From contig CBDCWI010000002.1 in the NCBI GenBank assembly GCA_965223325.1, positions 3,936,001-4,000,000 of the forward strand: a stretch of 64,000 nucleotides of DNA, written 5' to 3'. The stretch's first letter is position 1; each line of letters opens with the position of its first letter. This DNA is from Candidatus Multivoradales bacterium. Its GTDB lineage: Bacteria > Acidobacteriota > Thermoanaerobaculia > Multivoradales > Multivoraceae. Made by a program: the position numbers and the translations under genes. Below, one piece after another: positions 9,988 to 19,877 of the stretch. The notes below the pieces were generated by a model. That model was not told where the DNA came from. It ran no database searches and saw nothing but the letters and a program-made list of their open reading frames with translations.

Positions 9988-10062
9988 TCGCGCGCGTCAG
10001 CTCTATACGGTGACTGCTCGCTGACTGACGTAGAGTCCGGTCAACAAACGCGGAGATCAACC

Positions 10063-10860
10063 TTGAAACTTCTGTTCGTCGGCGACGTCATCGGCCGCCC
10101 CGGTCGGCGTGTTCTGCGCCTCTTGCTCGAGCGGCTGATCGAGAAGCACGCCATCGACTACACGATTGTCAACATCGAGAATGCAGCCGGCGGCTTTGGC
10201 GTCAACGCGAGTGTGATTGCCGAGCTCGCTCCGCTTCCGATCGATTGCATGACGAGCGGCAACCACATCTGGGACAAGAAGGAGGGCGTTGCCTTTCTCG
10301 ACCAGCGCCCCAGCCTACTTCGCCCTGCGAACTATCCCGCTGGAACGCCAGGCAAAGGACTGTTCATCGGAGAAACAGCGGCCGGAGTCAAGGTCGCGAC
10401 GATCAACCTAGAAGGTCAGGTCTTCATGAAGGCCCTGCCCTCCCCCTTCCAGGAGGTCGATCGCCTACTCGCTGGTCTGCCCTCGGACGTCCGCGTCGTC
10501 GTCGTCGACTTCCACGCCGAAGCCACCAGCGAAAAACAGGCGATGGGCTTCCACCTCGACGGCCGCGCGAGTGCCGTTCTCGGTACTCACACCCACGTGC
10601 CAACGGCCGACGGGCGGGTGCTCCCGGGGGGCACCGCTCTGCAGACCGACGTCGGCATGACCGGCCCCTATGAATCCATCATCGGCTTCCGCGCGGACAA
10701 GGTGCTGCAGCGGTTCTACACCCACCAGCGGGCGCCTTTCGAGGTTGCCAAGCGGGATGTCCGCCTTTCGGCGGCGGTTGTCGACATCGATGAAGCGACC
10801 GGCCGGGCGCGTTCTATCGACCACCTGTGGGAGCCCGAGGAGCGACCCGCCGGGATCTGA
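10063..10860 (+). CDS. ymdB: YmdB-family metallophosphoesterase
   Basis: GDVIGRPG, NIENAAGG, TSGNHIWD, DFHAEATSEK, GTHTHVPT, TDVGMTGP; follows rny. Confidence 0.95.
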   Translation: MKLLFVGDVIGRPGRRVLRLLLERLIEKHAIDYTIVNIENAAGGFGVNASVIAELAPLPIDCMTSGNHIWDKKEGVAFLDQRPSLLRPANYPAGTPGKGLFIGETAAGVKVATINLEGQVFMKALPSPFQEVDRLLAGLPSDVRVVVVDFHAEATSEKQAMGFHLDGRASAVLGTHTHVPTADGRVLPGGTALQTDVGMTGPYESIIGFRADKVLQRFYTHQRAPFEVAKRDVRLSAAVVDIDEATGRARSIDHLWEPEERPAGI

Positions 10861-10901
10861 ACGTCTCCCTGAGCTCCCGACGCGAGGGGCACTCGGATAG
10901 C

Positions 10902-11828
10902 ATGGAAGCTCACATGAAAGACGACGAGAAGGTGGCTCGAGAGGCCGCAGGCGCGAGCTCCGTTGTAGAGCGGATTCCGGTCTCGGCGATCGTGACAACG
11001 TTCAACGAAGAACGCCACATCGCTGAGTGTCTGGAGTCTCTCTTGTGGTGCGACGAGGTCTTGGTCGTCGACTCATTCTCGACCGATCGTACCCCCGAGA
11101 TCGCACGCTCCTATCCGGAAGTGCGTTTCCTCCAGCGCACGTACTACGGCTCTGCTTCGCAGAAGAACTGGGCGATGGATCAGGCGAAGCACGACTGGAT
11201 TCTCATTCTTGACGCCGACGAGCGCATCACCCCAGCTCTCAGAGCGGAGCTCGAAGAGGTGCTTGCCAGCGACCCCCAGTACAGCGCCTACACAATCCAG
11301 CGTACGGTCTACTTCCTGGGCAAGGTCATTCGTTTCTCGGGCTGGCAAAGAGATCGTGTAGTGCGCTTGCTCGACCGGTCGTTTGGCCGCTACCCGAACC
11401 GGCGGGTGCATGCCGACATGGTGACCCGGGGGCCGGCTCCCGTACTGCGCAACCCGATGCTGCACTACATGGTCGAGGACTTTCCCTCATACGCCAAGCG
11501 CATCCACAAGTACTCGTGGTGGGGCGGTGCACAAGCCTGGATGGAGGGTAAGCGAGCCGGTGTTGCCGAGGTCCTCGGGCGCTCGGTGTGGCGGTTCATT
11601 CGCACCTACTTCGTCCAGCTCGGGTTTCTCGATGGCATGCGGGGCCTGGTCTTCTGCCTCCTTCAGGCTGCTGGTACCTTCATGAAATGGTCGTTCGTCT
11701 GGTCGTGGCGCGAAGGTGAGCGCCATGGCCTGAAGCCGAACCTTCCCGACTTCGATGAGAGTGAGTCGACCTGGGAGGGCCTGAGCGACCTGGCCGAGCC
11801 CGCGCAGCCGGCGCGCGCGGAACTCTAG
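10902..11828 (+). CDS. GT2 glycosyltransferase (KdtX/WaaE-like, LPS-related)
   Basis: SAIVTTFNEERHI, VVDSFSTDRT, QKNWAM, ILILDADER, RRVH, GFLDGMRG. Start is 10902 or 10914. Confidence 0.9.
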   Translation: MEAHMKDDEKVAREAAGASSVVERIPVSAIVTTFNEERHIAECLESLLWCDEVLVVDSFSTDRTPEIARSYPEVRFLQRTYYGSASQKNWAMDQAKHDWILILDADERITPALRAELEEVLASDPQYSAYTIQRTVYFLGKVIRFSGWQRDRVVRLLDRSFGRYPNRRVHADMVTRGPAPVLRNPMLHYMVEDFPSYAKRIHKYSWWGGAQAWMEGKRAGVAEVLGRSVWRFIRTYFVQLGFLDGMRGLVFCLLQAAGTFMKWSFVWSWREGERHGLKPNLPDFDESESTWEGLSDLAEPAQPARAEL

Positions 11829-11990
11829 TACCCCGTACCATTGAAAGGGATAGTGGCTGAGCGGATGATCGTGCTCGAGATCAAGGCGTCACGACAGAGG
11901 CATATTGGTGATCTGTCGAGGAGTGACAACACAGAGATCGAGCGCGAGGACCGCGCAGACGCTGTGCGTTTCAATGGTACGGGGTACTAG
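11825..11990. mobile_element. 166-bp MITE-like element with perfect 22-bp terminal inverted repeats bounded by CTAG
   Basis: CTAGTACCCCGTACCATTGAAA (11825-11846) and TTTCAATGGTACGGGGTACTAG (11969-11990); nested internal stems; no transposase; the left CTAG contains the GT2 stop codon. Confidence 0.8.
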
Positions 11991-11999
11991 GAAGCCTCC

Positions 12000-12554
12000 A
12001 TGTTGGTTGCTTTTCCTGTTCATGGGAGGCGGAGGCGAGTCTCGTGTCGCGCCGTTTCGAGCGGACTGCTGCTGGTCGCCTTGGCACCTCCTGCGCTCGG
12101 CCAGTCGGCTGACCAGAGTGTCGGCCGCAGTCTCGGGATAAGCCTGGGGGTCTGGGACCTTGGCGACGAAGAGGCGACTCTTCTCGGTCTCGACTACGGT
12201 TTTCGCCCACGCCGCTGGGGCCTCGAGCCTCACATTGGCGTGGCGGCGACCGAAGACTCTACTTTCTACGGCTATGCGGGAGTTCGTCGTCATTACCGTC
12301 TCGGGGGGAGGTTTGTGGCCACGCCGAGCTTTGCGATCTCGCTCTGGGAACAGGGCGACGGGAAAGACCTGGGGCACGTCGTGGAATTCAGGAGCGGCCT
12401 GGCGATCTCCCGTCAGTTGGCCAGTGGTGCACGAATCGGCGTGGGCATCTATCATTTATCCAACTCCAGTCTCGCGAGCCGCAACCCGGGTTCGAACGAG
12501 CTGTTGTTTCGCCTGGTCCTACCCACCGCACGCAACCGAAGAGGTGCGCCATGA
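12000..12554 (+). CDS. Acyloxyacyl hydrolase / PagL-like lipid A deacylase outer-membrane barrel
   Basis: Signal peptide, alternating beta strands, GKDLGHVVEFRSG, catalytic-type YHLSN...NPGSN. Confidence 0.8.
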   Translation: MLVAFPVHGRRRRVSCRAVSSGLLLVALAPPALGQSADQSVGRSLGISLGVWDLGDEEATLLGLDYGFRPRRWGLEPHIGVAATEDSTFYGYAGVRRHYRLGGRFVATPSFAISLWEQGDGKDLGHVVEFRSGLAISRQLASGARIGVGIYHLSNSSLASRNPGSNELLFRLVLPTARNRRGAP

Positions 12555-12835
12555 GCGTTCCCGCTGACCTTCTCGAGATCCTCGTTTGCCCCAAGAGTCA
12601 CGGGTCGCTCGAGCTCGTCGACCTTCCGGACGACACCCGCAAGCAGCTCGCAGACAAGTATCGCGAGCACTTTCGCGACGAAGAGCCCGTCATCGAGCAG
12701 GGTCTGTGGTGCGCCGAGTCGGGGCTCTTGTACCCCGTGGTCTCGGACGTTCCGGTGATGCTCATCGAAGATGCCCTTCCCGGGTCTGCGATTGGGCGGG
12801 CAGCCGACGATCCGGACGACAGTGGCTCAGCTTGA
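12551..12835 (+). CDS. Trm112/YcaR family protein
   Basis: LLEILVCPKSHGSL...LWC...YPVVSDVPVMLIEDA, with an internal insertion of roughly 20 aa. Confidence 0.85.
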   Translation: MSVPADLLEILVCPKSHGSLELVDLPDDTRKQLADKYREHFRDEEPVIEQGLWCAESGLLYPVVSDVPVMLIEDALPGSAIGRAADDPDDSGSA

Positions 12836-12880
12836 GCCTCATCCTCGATCTTTCGCCTGAGCCCACCCGCAGTGATCTGA

Positions 12881-13786
12881 GTGTGTAGCTCCGAGTCGTC
12901 GCGCGGCTTTAGATCCTGGTTCGACGCGGTCATTCCCGATGTCGAGTCGGCTCTCGATCGTTTTCTGCCGTCAGCAGACGCGGCGCCAACGAGACTGCAC
13001 GAAGCCATGCGCTATGCGGTCTTCGCGGGAGGCAAGCGGGTGCGCCCGGCTCTCGTTCTTCTCGGCGGCGAGCTCTGGGGTGGTGCACGCGCTGATCTCC
13101 TGCCGGCCGCCGCGGCCCTCGAAATGGTTCACTGCTTCAGCCTGATCCACGACGATCTTCCGGCGCTCGACGACGACGAACTGCGGCGCGGGCGCCCGAC
13201 GGTCCATCGCCAGTTCGACGAAGCGACCGCTGTTCTCGCTGGCGACGCCCTGCTCAACCTGGCCTACGAAGTGCTGGCTCGGGAACCCGAAGGAGCGCAG
13301 GCGAAACGGCGGGAGCGTGCTCAGGCGATTCTTGCTGCTGGGGTGGCAGAGATGATTCGTGGGCAGGCGGGCGACCTGGCCGCCGAGGGGGTCTGGCCCG
13401 ACGACCCGGTTGCGGAGCTCGAGTGGATCCATCGCCGCAAGACCGGTGCTTTGCTGGCCGCGTCGCTGCGTCTTGGGGCGATCTACGCTGGTGCAAGCGA
13501 GGCCGAGGATGCGCAGCTGCTGGCGTTGGGCCATTCGATCGGCCTCTTGTTTCAGATCGCCGATGATATTTTGGACCTGGAGGGGTCGACAGCAACGCTC
13601 GGCAAGACGGCCGGCAAAGATCAGGAGGCCGACAAGTTGACCTACCCACGCGTCCACGGGCTCTCTGGAGCCAAGACCCGCCTCATCGAAACCCGTGATC
13701 TTGCCCTCCTGCAGGCTGCCGAGTTGCCTCGGGGCGGCGGTGTTCTCCCCGACATGCTGCACTACCTGACAGAACGCGACCGGTGA
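12881..13786 (+). CDS. ispA: Polyprenyl (farnesyl/geranylgeranyl) diphosphate synthase
   Basis: GGKRVRP, FARM SLIHDDLPALDDDELRRGRPT, KTGAL, SARM FQIADDILD, GKTAGKD. Confidence 0.95.
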   Translation: MCSSESSRGFRSWFDAVIPDVESALDRFLPSADAAPTRLHEAMRYAVFAGGKRVRPALVLLGGELWGGARADLLPAAAALEMVHCFSLIHDDLPALDDDELRRGRPTVHRQFDEATAVLAGDALLNLAYEVLAREPEGAQAKRRERAQAILAAGVAEMIRGQAGDLAAEGVWPDDPVAELEWIHRRKTGALLAASLRLGAIYAGASEAEDAQLLALGHSIGLLFQIADDILDLEGSTATLGKTAGKDQEADKLTYPRVHGLSGAKTRLIETRDLALLQAAELPRGGGVLPDMLHYLTERDR

Positions 13787-14574
13787 GTATCGTGTCGGCT
13801 TCCCGTTCGACTCGCTCTCGCCTCGACCTCCTCCTGGTTGAACGTGGCCTGTTCGAGAGTCGCGAGAAGGCACGTCGTGCCGTGATGGCCGGCCTGGTTC
13901 ACGTCGACGGGCAGCGGGTCGACAAGGCTGGTACCCAGATTGCTGCAACTGCGGCGCTCCACGTTAAAGAGCGCGAGCCTTACGTCTCTCGAGCGGGTCG
14001 CAAGCTGGCCGCGGCGCTCGACCATTTCGAGGTCGATCCCCAGAACCTGATCTGCCTGGACATCGGTGCCTCGACGGGTGGCTTTACCGACTGTCTGCTC
14101 CAGCGCGGAGCCCGGCGGGTCTACGCGGTCGACGTTGGCTACGGCCAACTCGATGCGCGCTTGCGCTCTGACCCTCGGGTCATCGTGATGGAGAGAGTCA
14201 ACGCGCGACGGCTTGACCCCGCTGATTTCCCCGAACAGGCCGAACTCGCGGTTCTCGACGTCTCCTTCATCTCGTTGGTCAAGATACTGCCCGCGGTGAC
14301 CCCACTTCTCATTCCCGGGTCACGGTTGCTGCCGATGATCAAGCCGCAGTTCGAGGGCGAGCGTCATCAGGTCGGCAAAGGGGGCATCGTGCGAGACGAA
14401 GAAGTGAGACGCTCCATCATCGACCGTCGACTGGCTGACTTCGAGTCCTTGGGGCTGGAGGTCAAAGCGGTAGTCGACAACCAGCTCACGGGCGCTGGCG
14501 GAAATCGCGAAGCGTTTGCGCTCCTTGAACACCCAGCTTCGCCCATCACAGTCCCACCAGAGGCGTCGTCGTGA
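13783..14574 (+). CDS. tlyA: TlyA-family rRNA 2'-O-methyltransferase
   Basis: S4 domain RLDLLLVERGL, YVSRAGRKL, LDIGASTGGFTD, DVSFISL, IKPQFE, GNRE. Confidence 0.96.
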   Translation: MSIVSASRSTRSRLDLLLVERGLFESREKARRAVMAGLVHVDGQRVDKAGTQIAATAALHVKEREPYVSRAGRKLAAALDHFEVDPQNLICLDIGASTGGFTDCLLQRGARRVYAVDVGYGQLDARLRSDPRVIVMERVNARRLDPADFPEQAELAVLDVSFISLVKILPAVTPLLIPGSRLLPMIKPQFEGERHQVGKGGIVRDEEVRRSIIDRRLADFESLGLEVKAVVDNQLTGAGGNREAFALLEHPASPITVPPEASS

Positions 14575-15494
14575 CCTCCGTACCTTCCGATTCGATGCGG
14601 GCTGGCCGCCTGGTGCGCGACGGCCGCAAGATCAAGACGGTTGGCATTGCCGCTAAAGGTCGGAGCCGCGAGTCGGTCCACCTTGCCGACGAGTTGAGCG
14701 AGTGGCTCAAACGGCGAGGTCTCGAAGTTCTGGTCGAAGAGTCAGTGATTCGCGCCCGATCGCTCGAGGGCGTCAGGCCGTTGCTGACCAACGGCGAAGC
14801 GGGCGCGGCGACCCGCTGTGATCTGGTGATCGTTCTCGGAGGTGACGGCACGCTGCTCTCGGTTGCCCGTGACCTTCCGCCGGCAACGCCGATCCTGGGC
14901 GTCAACCTAGGGCATCTCGGTTTCATGACCGAGGTCAACCGCGGCGAGCTCTACCCATCTCTCGTACAGTTGCTCGGGGGTACCTTCGAAACCGAAGAGC
15001 GGTCGTTACTCGACGTCGAGATGGTGCGTGCCACCGGTGGCCGGCAGTCCTTTCGAGCTCTCAACGATGTGGTGATTACCAAGAGCGCTCTGGCGCGCAT
15101 GATTCGCCTGGGTGTCGAGATCAGTGGCCACCGCATCGCCGACTACCGTTCCGATGGGCTGATCGTTTCGACCCCGACCGGGTCGACGGCTTACAACCTG
15201 TCGGCTGGCGGCCCGATCATCTACCCGGCGCTGCCCGTTGTCGTTTTGACTCCGATCTGTCCCCATACCCTGACCATGCGACCGCTGGTCGTTTCTGAGT
15301 CGAGCGATATCGAGATCGTGCTCGACAGTGCGCAAGAAGAGGTCTACCTGACGCTCGATGGCCAGGAGGGCACGACCCTTTCTCACCACGATCGGGTGTG
15401 TGTGACGTCGAACGGTGACCCGGTACAGCTGGTCAAGGTCAGCGGGCGTACCTTCTTCGATGCCCTGCGCGGCAAACTGCGCTGGGGGGAGTGA
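14571..15494 (+). CDS. nadK: NAD(+) kinase
   Basis: GGDGTLL, GVNLGHLGF, ALNDVV, DGLIVSTPTGSTAYNLSAGGP, PICPH. Confidence 0.97.
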   Translation: MTSVPSDSMRAGRLVRDGRKIKTVGIAAKGRSRESVHLADELSEWLKRRGLEVLVEESVIRARSLEGVRPLLTNGEAGAATRCDLVIVLGGDGTLLSVARDLPPATPILGVNLGHLGFMTEVNRGELYPSLVQLLGGTFETEERSLLDVEMVRATGGRQSFRALNDVVITKSALARMIRLGVEISGHRIADYRSDGLIVSTPTGSTAYNLSAGGPIIYPALPVVVLTPICPHTLTMRPLVVSESSDIEIVLDSAQEEVYLTLDGQEGTTLSHHDRVCVTSNGDPVQLVKVSGRTFFDALRGKLRWGE

Positions 15495-15497
15495 AGC

Positions 15498-18400
15498 ATG
15501 GCCGGGGCCGCCGCCCCGACGGGGCGCCACCGCCGGTGGCGACGGATGCTTCGGACGTTCGTGTGGTCGGCGACGCTGCTGCTCATTTTCGTAGCGATCA
15601 CCGTCCTCTACCTGCGGTCGATCAGCTTCGAAAACCGCCTCACCGACCGGCTGATTCGCGAGGCCGAGGTTCGCCTCGAGCGCGACGTCGAGATCGACCG
15701 CGCGCGGGTCGAGTTCTTTCCACCCGGAGTGACCTTCGAGAATCTGCGGGTTGCCGGTCCTGATCGCGACGCGCAGCCGCTCTTTTCCGCCCGTCGGTTG
15801 GAGGTTGGAGTCGTTGGACTCGTTGACGCAGGCACTCTCTACCGGAGGTCGGTGGGAATCGGTCGCATCGTCGCCGAAGAACCGCGGATTCGCCTGGTCA
15901 TCGATGAGAACGGCGAGCTGCTTCTGCCACGGATCTTGCGTGGCGGTGGGGGAGAGGGTGCGATCCGGCAGGAGATACCCGTTGCCGGTGTTCTGATCAC
16001 CGACGGCTTGATCGAGCTCGACGGCAACTCGATACCTCTGAACATCCAGACCGGAGGCTTGCGGGTTCTGCTCGAACGCACTCCGCGCGGGCATCTGGTT
16101 GGCGAGGCGGCCGCGGAGCGCGTGCGGCTCATCGTTCCGAACGGACGCTCGGAAGGTGGCGAACTCCAGGGCACGGTACCGATCATTGGCAGTCTTCGCA
16201 CCCGTCTCGATCTCTCGACCGAGGCGGTCGCGATTGAGCGATTACGCTTGACTCGCCCTGATTTCGACCTGCGTGCTGACGGCCTCGTCTCCTGGGGATC
16301 GGAGGCGGCGCGAGTCGAGATGACCCTCTTGGCCGATGGAGACTTCGCGCAGTGGACCGAGTGGACTTTCCTCGAGCCGCTGGCGTCTGGTGCACCACTG
16401 CTCTCGGGGCCGTATGCCTGGAACGGAACGCTCGCCTGGGTCGGAGCGGAGAGTTCCGAGAGCGGCGCTCAGACCGCGGAGCCGAGTACCTGGAGCGTGG
16501 CGGGAAAACTGACAACGCCGCGCATGGCCGTCGAAAGGCTGGCCGTCCGTGCTGTCCTGGCCGACGTGGAGGTCGATCCTCAGCGCGTTGGCGTACGCCT
16601 CGTCGAGGCCTCCCTCCTGGGTGGCCGGGTCGTCGGTCAGGCCGAGATCGATCTGCGTGAGGTCTCCGAGACCGCCCGCACCGGTCGTGTCGACCTCCAG
16701 GCTTCGTCGGTCGATGCACGGCAGGTTATCCAGACGATCGTGTCCGACGTCGACCTGGCGGTCGGCGGCAGTCTCGAGGGACCTCTCCAGTACCGCTTCA
16801 GTCTCGACGATCCGTTGGCTGGCAATGGTCGTGCCGATCTGGTGGTAGACGCCGGAGTCGAACAAGGGAGCGGCCTTCGCCCGATGCGCGGCGAGTTGCC
16901 GCTCTTGATCGAGGCCGGAGTTCTCTCGAGTGAGGCACTGAAGGTCAACTTGCCTGGTCAGCGTGTAACCAGCCGCTTGCACGTCGATCTGCGCAACCTC
17001 GAGACGAGGTTGCAGGCGAACGTTCAAAGCTACGACCTTGCGGCGCTTGTTGCGCTGGCTCTCCCGCTTGCCAATGACGCTTCGGGTGAGGATCTGGCGG
17101 CCGCCGCGCCAGATGATCCACTGATCGGCTTTCGGCCCGTTGCGGGCCGCGGTGGGTTTGACGTCGATCTCCAGGTCTCCGAAAGAGCGACCCGAGTTGA
17201 CGTAGCGTTCGAACTCGACCAGCCGATGGCAGACCGCCTGGTTCTGGACCAGGCCAGCGGCACGGTGGCCCTCGCCAGTGCCGCCGACGGCAGGTTGGAA
17301 ATGCAGGGGCTCGAGGCAAGACTCGAACGCGGCGCCGGCGCGGCGCTCTTCATTGCCCGGCCAAGGCCTGCCGAAGCCCTCTCGCCAAGCCTTGACGAGG
17401 TATCGAGAGTCCATGACTTCGGCCTCGATCTCGAGGCCTGGCCGCTGCAGTCGCTGGTGCGCGCCATCACCGGGCGGCCGGCGGCGGGCAGCCTTGCGCA
17501 GCTCGACGGACAGGTTGGTGGTCACCTCAGGTGGCTGTTGCCGGCAAGCGGTCTCGCCGATTCTGCGGGCGAGATGAACGCCCGCGTCGAAGAGCTCAGC
17601 TATGGCGATCGCATTCAACTCGGAGCGGCCGAAGTGGTGGGAACCTTCGGTCAAAGCGACAGAGTTCCAGAGGGAACCCTCGGACTCAACATCCAGAGGG
17701 CGGTGCTCGACAGCGCGGCCGGTGCCGTCGAAGTTGCGGGGAGCATGGCCCTTTCGATCGGCGATGGCGGAGATCCGTCGGTCGGGCAAACCCCGGGGCA
17801 GGTCGATCTCTCCCTGGTGGGGAAGAACCTCGATCTCCAGGCTTCCCCGTTCGCGGAACTCCTTGGGCTCGATAGTGAACCACGCTGGCTGTCGATCACG
17901 GGCGTCGTTGACGGTTCGTTGACCGCGCCTGATGCCAACCTCGAGTTGTCGGTCACTCCAGACCTCGACTCAGTTGCCCTGGCCTCCGAGGAGTCGGCCT
18001 TGCGCGTGGACTGGCAGGGTAGCGACGGAGCCCTCCATGTCGAGGGGGCGCTACTCGACCTGGTGCGTCTCGAGGGTGGGGGGATCGCCAATCGGAACGG
18101 AGTGCACCTACGTGCGGAGGTTGGGGGTGCCACGCTAGGAGCGGTGGTGCGTGCCGCCCTTCTGCGCGCCGACTGGAACTCCGAAGACGACCTGGGAGTG
18201 CCAGGAGAGGATCCGCTCGACCGCATCGCGAGGGGTGAGCTCGAGGGTGAGTACCGCGCGACGCTCGAGCTGCGCGGCGGTCCGAGCGCGCCGACGGAAG
18301 CCTCTCTGCGCTTCGATGCACTGCGCGCTCGTCTTCCCGCGCCTGTCGACAGCAGCTCGGAAGAGGGCGCCCTGCAGCTGTCGGCCGAAGAGCCGTTTAC

Positions 18401-19877
18401 GGTTCGTTGGCGTGCGGCCGAAGCCGATGCTGGGGATCGACTTTCACTCGAGGGCTTGTGGCTGCGCGATGAGGCGAGTGGTGCCGAGGTCATTGTCGTC
18501 GGGTCAGCCGAGAGTAGTGCCTCGCCCGGCTCCTCTGGCGCCGGCCTGCCCGCAGTGTGGGCGCTCGACTTCGGCGTGCAGGGCACGATACCGGCCCGGT
18601 GGATTGAAGGGTTCGCTCCAGCGGTCGATCTTGACGGTCGCATCGAACTGCTGGCCGTTCTCGAAGGCACTTCGGTGGTGCCTGAGTTCGACGGTCAGAT
18701 GCGCATGGCCGATGGCGAAGCGCGTATCGATGGCTTTCCACATGCATTCGAGGACCTCGACTGGACGGCGCTGCTCTATCCCGATCGGGTGGTTCTCGAC
18801 CGCCTCAGTGGGCGTCTCGGTGACGGCCCCCTGCGCGCTTCGGGCGACGTCCAGTTCGTTCGCGACCCGCCGACACCGCCGGCGGTTGCCATGCCGCGGG
18901 TCCGCCTGGACGCACGCGTCGAGAACGCTTCACTGCGCTGGCCGGAAGGGTGGAGCATGCGCGGCGGCGCGGAGATCGCCTTCCGGCAGAGTGAAGCCGG
19001 AGATCGGGTCGTCGTCGGTGAAGCAAAGCTCGATCGCGCGCGCTCACTTTCGCAGCTTGACTTGAGCCTTCCGCAGCTTCTGCGTGGCATGTTCGAGCGT
19101 CGGCGACTCCAGGTACAGGATACCGACCCACTGCTCGACACTGTGCGTCTCAACGTCGAGATCGAGGGCAGTGAGGCACTGCGCATCGAGAACGACGTAG
19201 CGAGGCTCTCGGGATCGATCGATCTCATCGCTCAGGGCACGCTCGGACGCCCGGTTGTTTTCGGTGAGGTTGGACTCGACGCCGGCGGCACAGTCAGCTG
19301 GGGCGGCGAGGACTATGAACTGACCCGTGGCGTTCTCACGTTCTCGAACCCCTATGAAATCGACCCCTTGATCGACATCGTGGCGGTCACCAAGCGGCGC
19401 GACTACGACGTCGTGTTGGCGCTGTCGGGTGACCGCGAGCGACTCGAGGCTAATCTCACTTCCGACCCGCCGCTGCCAGAGCTCGAGGTCCTCAGTCTGT
19501 TGGCGGCTGGTGGCACCACCCCGGGCAGCGATACCGGTCTCGGACCGCAAAGGGCGGGCTCTCGGAGCGTCGACGCGGCCGATCTTCTCTACTCTCAGGC
19601 CTCGACGTTGGTTGGCGATCGCTTCACCCGCCTCTTTGGGCTCGACCGCTTCCGCCTCGACCCCCTGACGACCGGTGACACCTTGTCGAGCGCTCGCGTG
19701 ACGCTTGGGAAACGGCTTTCTTCAGATGTGTTTGTGACCTACTCGGCGGATCCTTCGTCGAGTGAGAACTCGATTCTCGAGGTCGAGTGGGAGGTCGACG
19801 ACAACGTGGTCCTCGTTCTGCGGCAGAACGCCGATGGAACCTATTCGGCTGATCTACGGGTGGAGCACGTCTTCTGA
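15498..19877 (+). CDS. TamB/AsmA-like translocation and assembly module protein (DUF490 C-terminus)
   Basis: 1459 aa; N-terminal anchor; long beta-rich body; C-terminus ...DPLIDIVA...LTSDPPLPELEVLSLL...TLGKRLSSDVFVTYS; coupled to an Omp85 gene. Confidence 0.88.
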   Translation: MAGAAAPTGRHRRWRRMLRTFVWSATLLLIFVAITVLYLRSISFENRLTDRLIREAEVRLERDVEIDRARVEFFPPGVTFENLRVAGPDRDAQPLFSARRLEVGVVGLVDAGTLYRRSVGIGRIVAEEPRIRLVIDENGELLLPRILRGGGGEGAIRQEIPVAGVLITDGLIELDGNSIPLNIQTGGLRVLLERTPRGHLVGEAAAERVRLIVPNGRSEGGELQGTVPIIGSLRTRLDLSTEAVAIERLRLTRPDFDLRADGLVSWGSEAARVEMTLLADGDFAQWTEWTFLEPLASGAPLLSGPYAWNGTLAWVGAESSESGAQTAEPSTWSVAGKLTTPRMAVERLAVRAVLADVEVDPQRVGVRLVEASLLGGRVVGQAEIDLREVSETARTGRVDLQASSVDARQVIQTIVSDVDLAVGGSLEGPLQYRFSLDDPLAGNGRADLVVDAGVEQGSGLRPMRGELPLLIEAGVLSSEALKVNLPGQRVTSRLHVDLRNLETRLQANVQSYDLAALVALALPLANDASGEDLAAAAPDDPLIGFRPVAGRGGFDVDLQVSERATRVDVAFELDQPMADRLVLDQASGTVALASAADGRLEMQGLEARLERGAGAALFIARPRPAEALSPSLDEVSRVHDFGLDLEAWPLQSLVRAITGRPAAGSLAQLDGQVGGHLRWLLPASGLADSAGEMNARVEELSYGDRIQLGAAEVVGTFGQSDRVPEGTLGLNIQRAVLDSAAGAVEVAGSMALSIGDGGDPSVGQTPGQVDLSLVGKNLDLQASPFAELLGLDSEPRWLSITGVVDGSLTAPDANLELSVTPDLDSVALASEESALRVDWQGSDGALHVEGALLDLVRLEGGGIANRNGVHLRAEVGGATLGAVVRAALLRADWNSEDDLGVPGEDPLDRIARGELEGEYRATLELRGGPSAPTEASLRFDALRARLPAPVDSSSEEGALQLSAEEPFTVRWRAAEADAGDRLSLEGLWLRDEASGAEVIVVGSAESSASPGSSGAGLPAVWALDFGVQGTIPARWIEGFAPAVDLDGRIELLAVLEGTSVVPEFDGQMRMADGEARIDGFPHAFEDLDWTALLYPDRVVLDRLSGRLGDGPLRASGDVQFVRDPPTPPAVAMPRVRLDARVENASLRWPEGWSMRGGAEIAFRQSEAGDRVVVGEAKLDRARSLSQLDLSLPQLLRGMFERRRLQVQDTDPLLDTVRLNVEIEGSEALRIENDVARLSGSIDLIAQGTLGRPVVFGEVGLDAGGTVSWGGEDYELTRGVLTFSNPYEIDPLIDIVAVTKRRDYDVVLALSGDRERLEANLTSDPPLPELEVLSLLAAGGTTPGSDTGLGPQRAGSRSVDAADLLYSQASTLVGDRFTRLFGLDRFRLDPLTTGDTLSSARVTLGKRLSSDVFVTYSADPSSSENSILEVEWEVDDNVVLVLRQNADGTYSADLRVEHVF

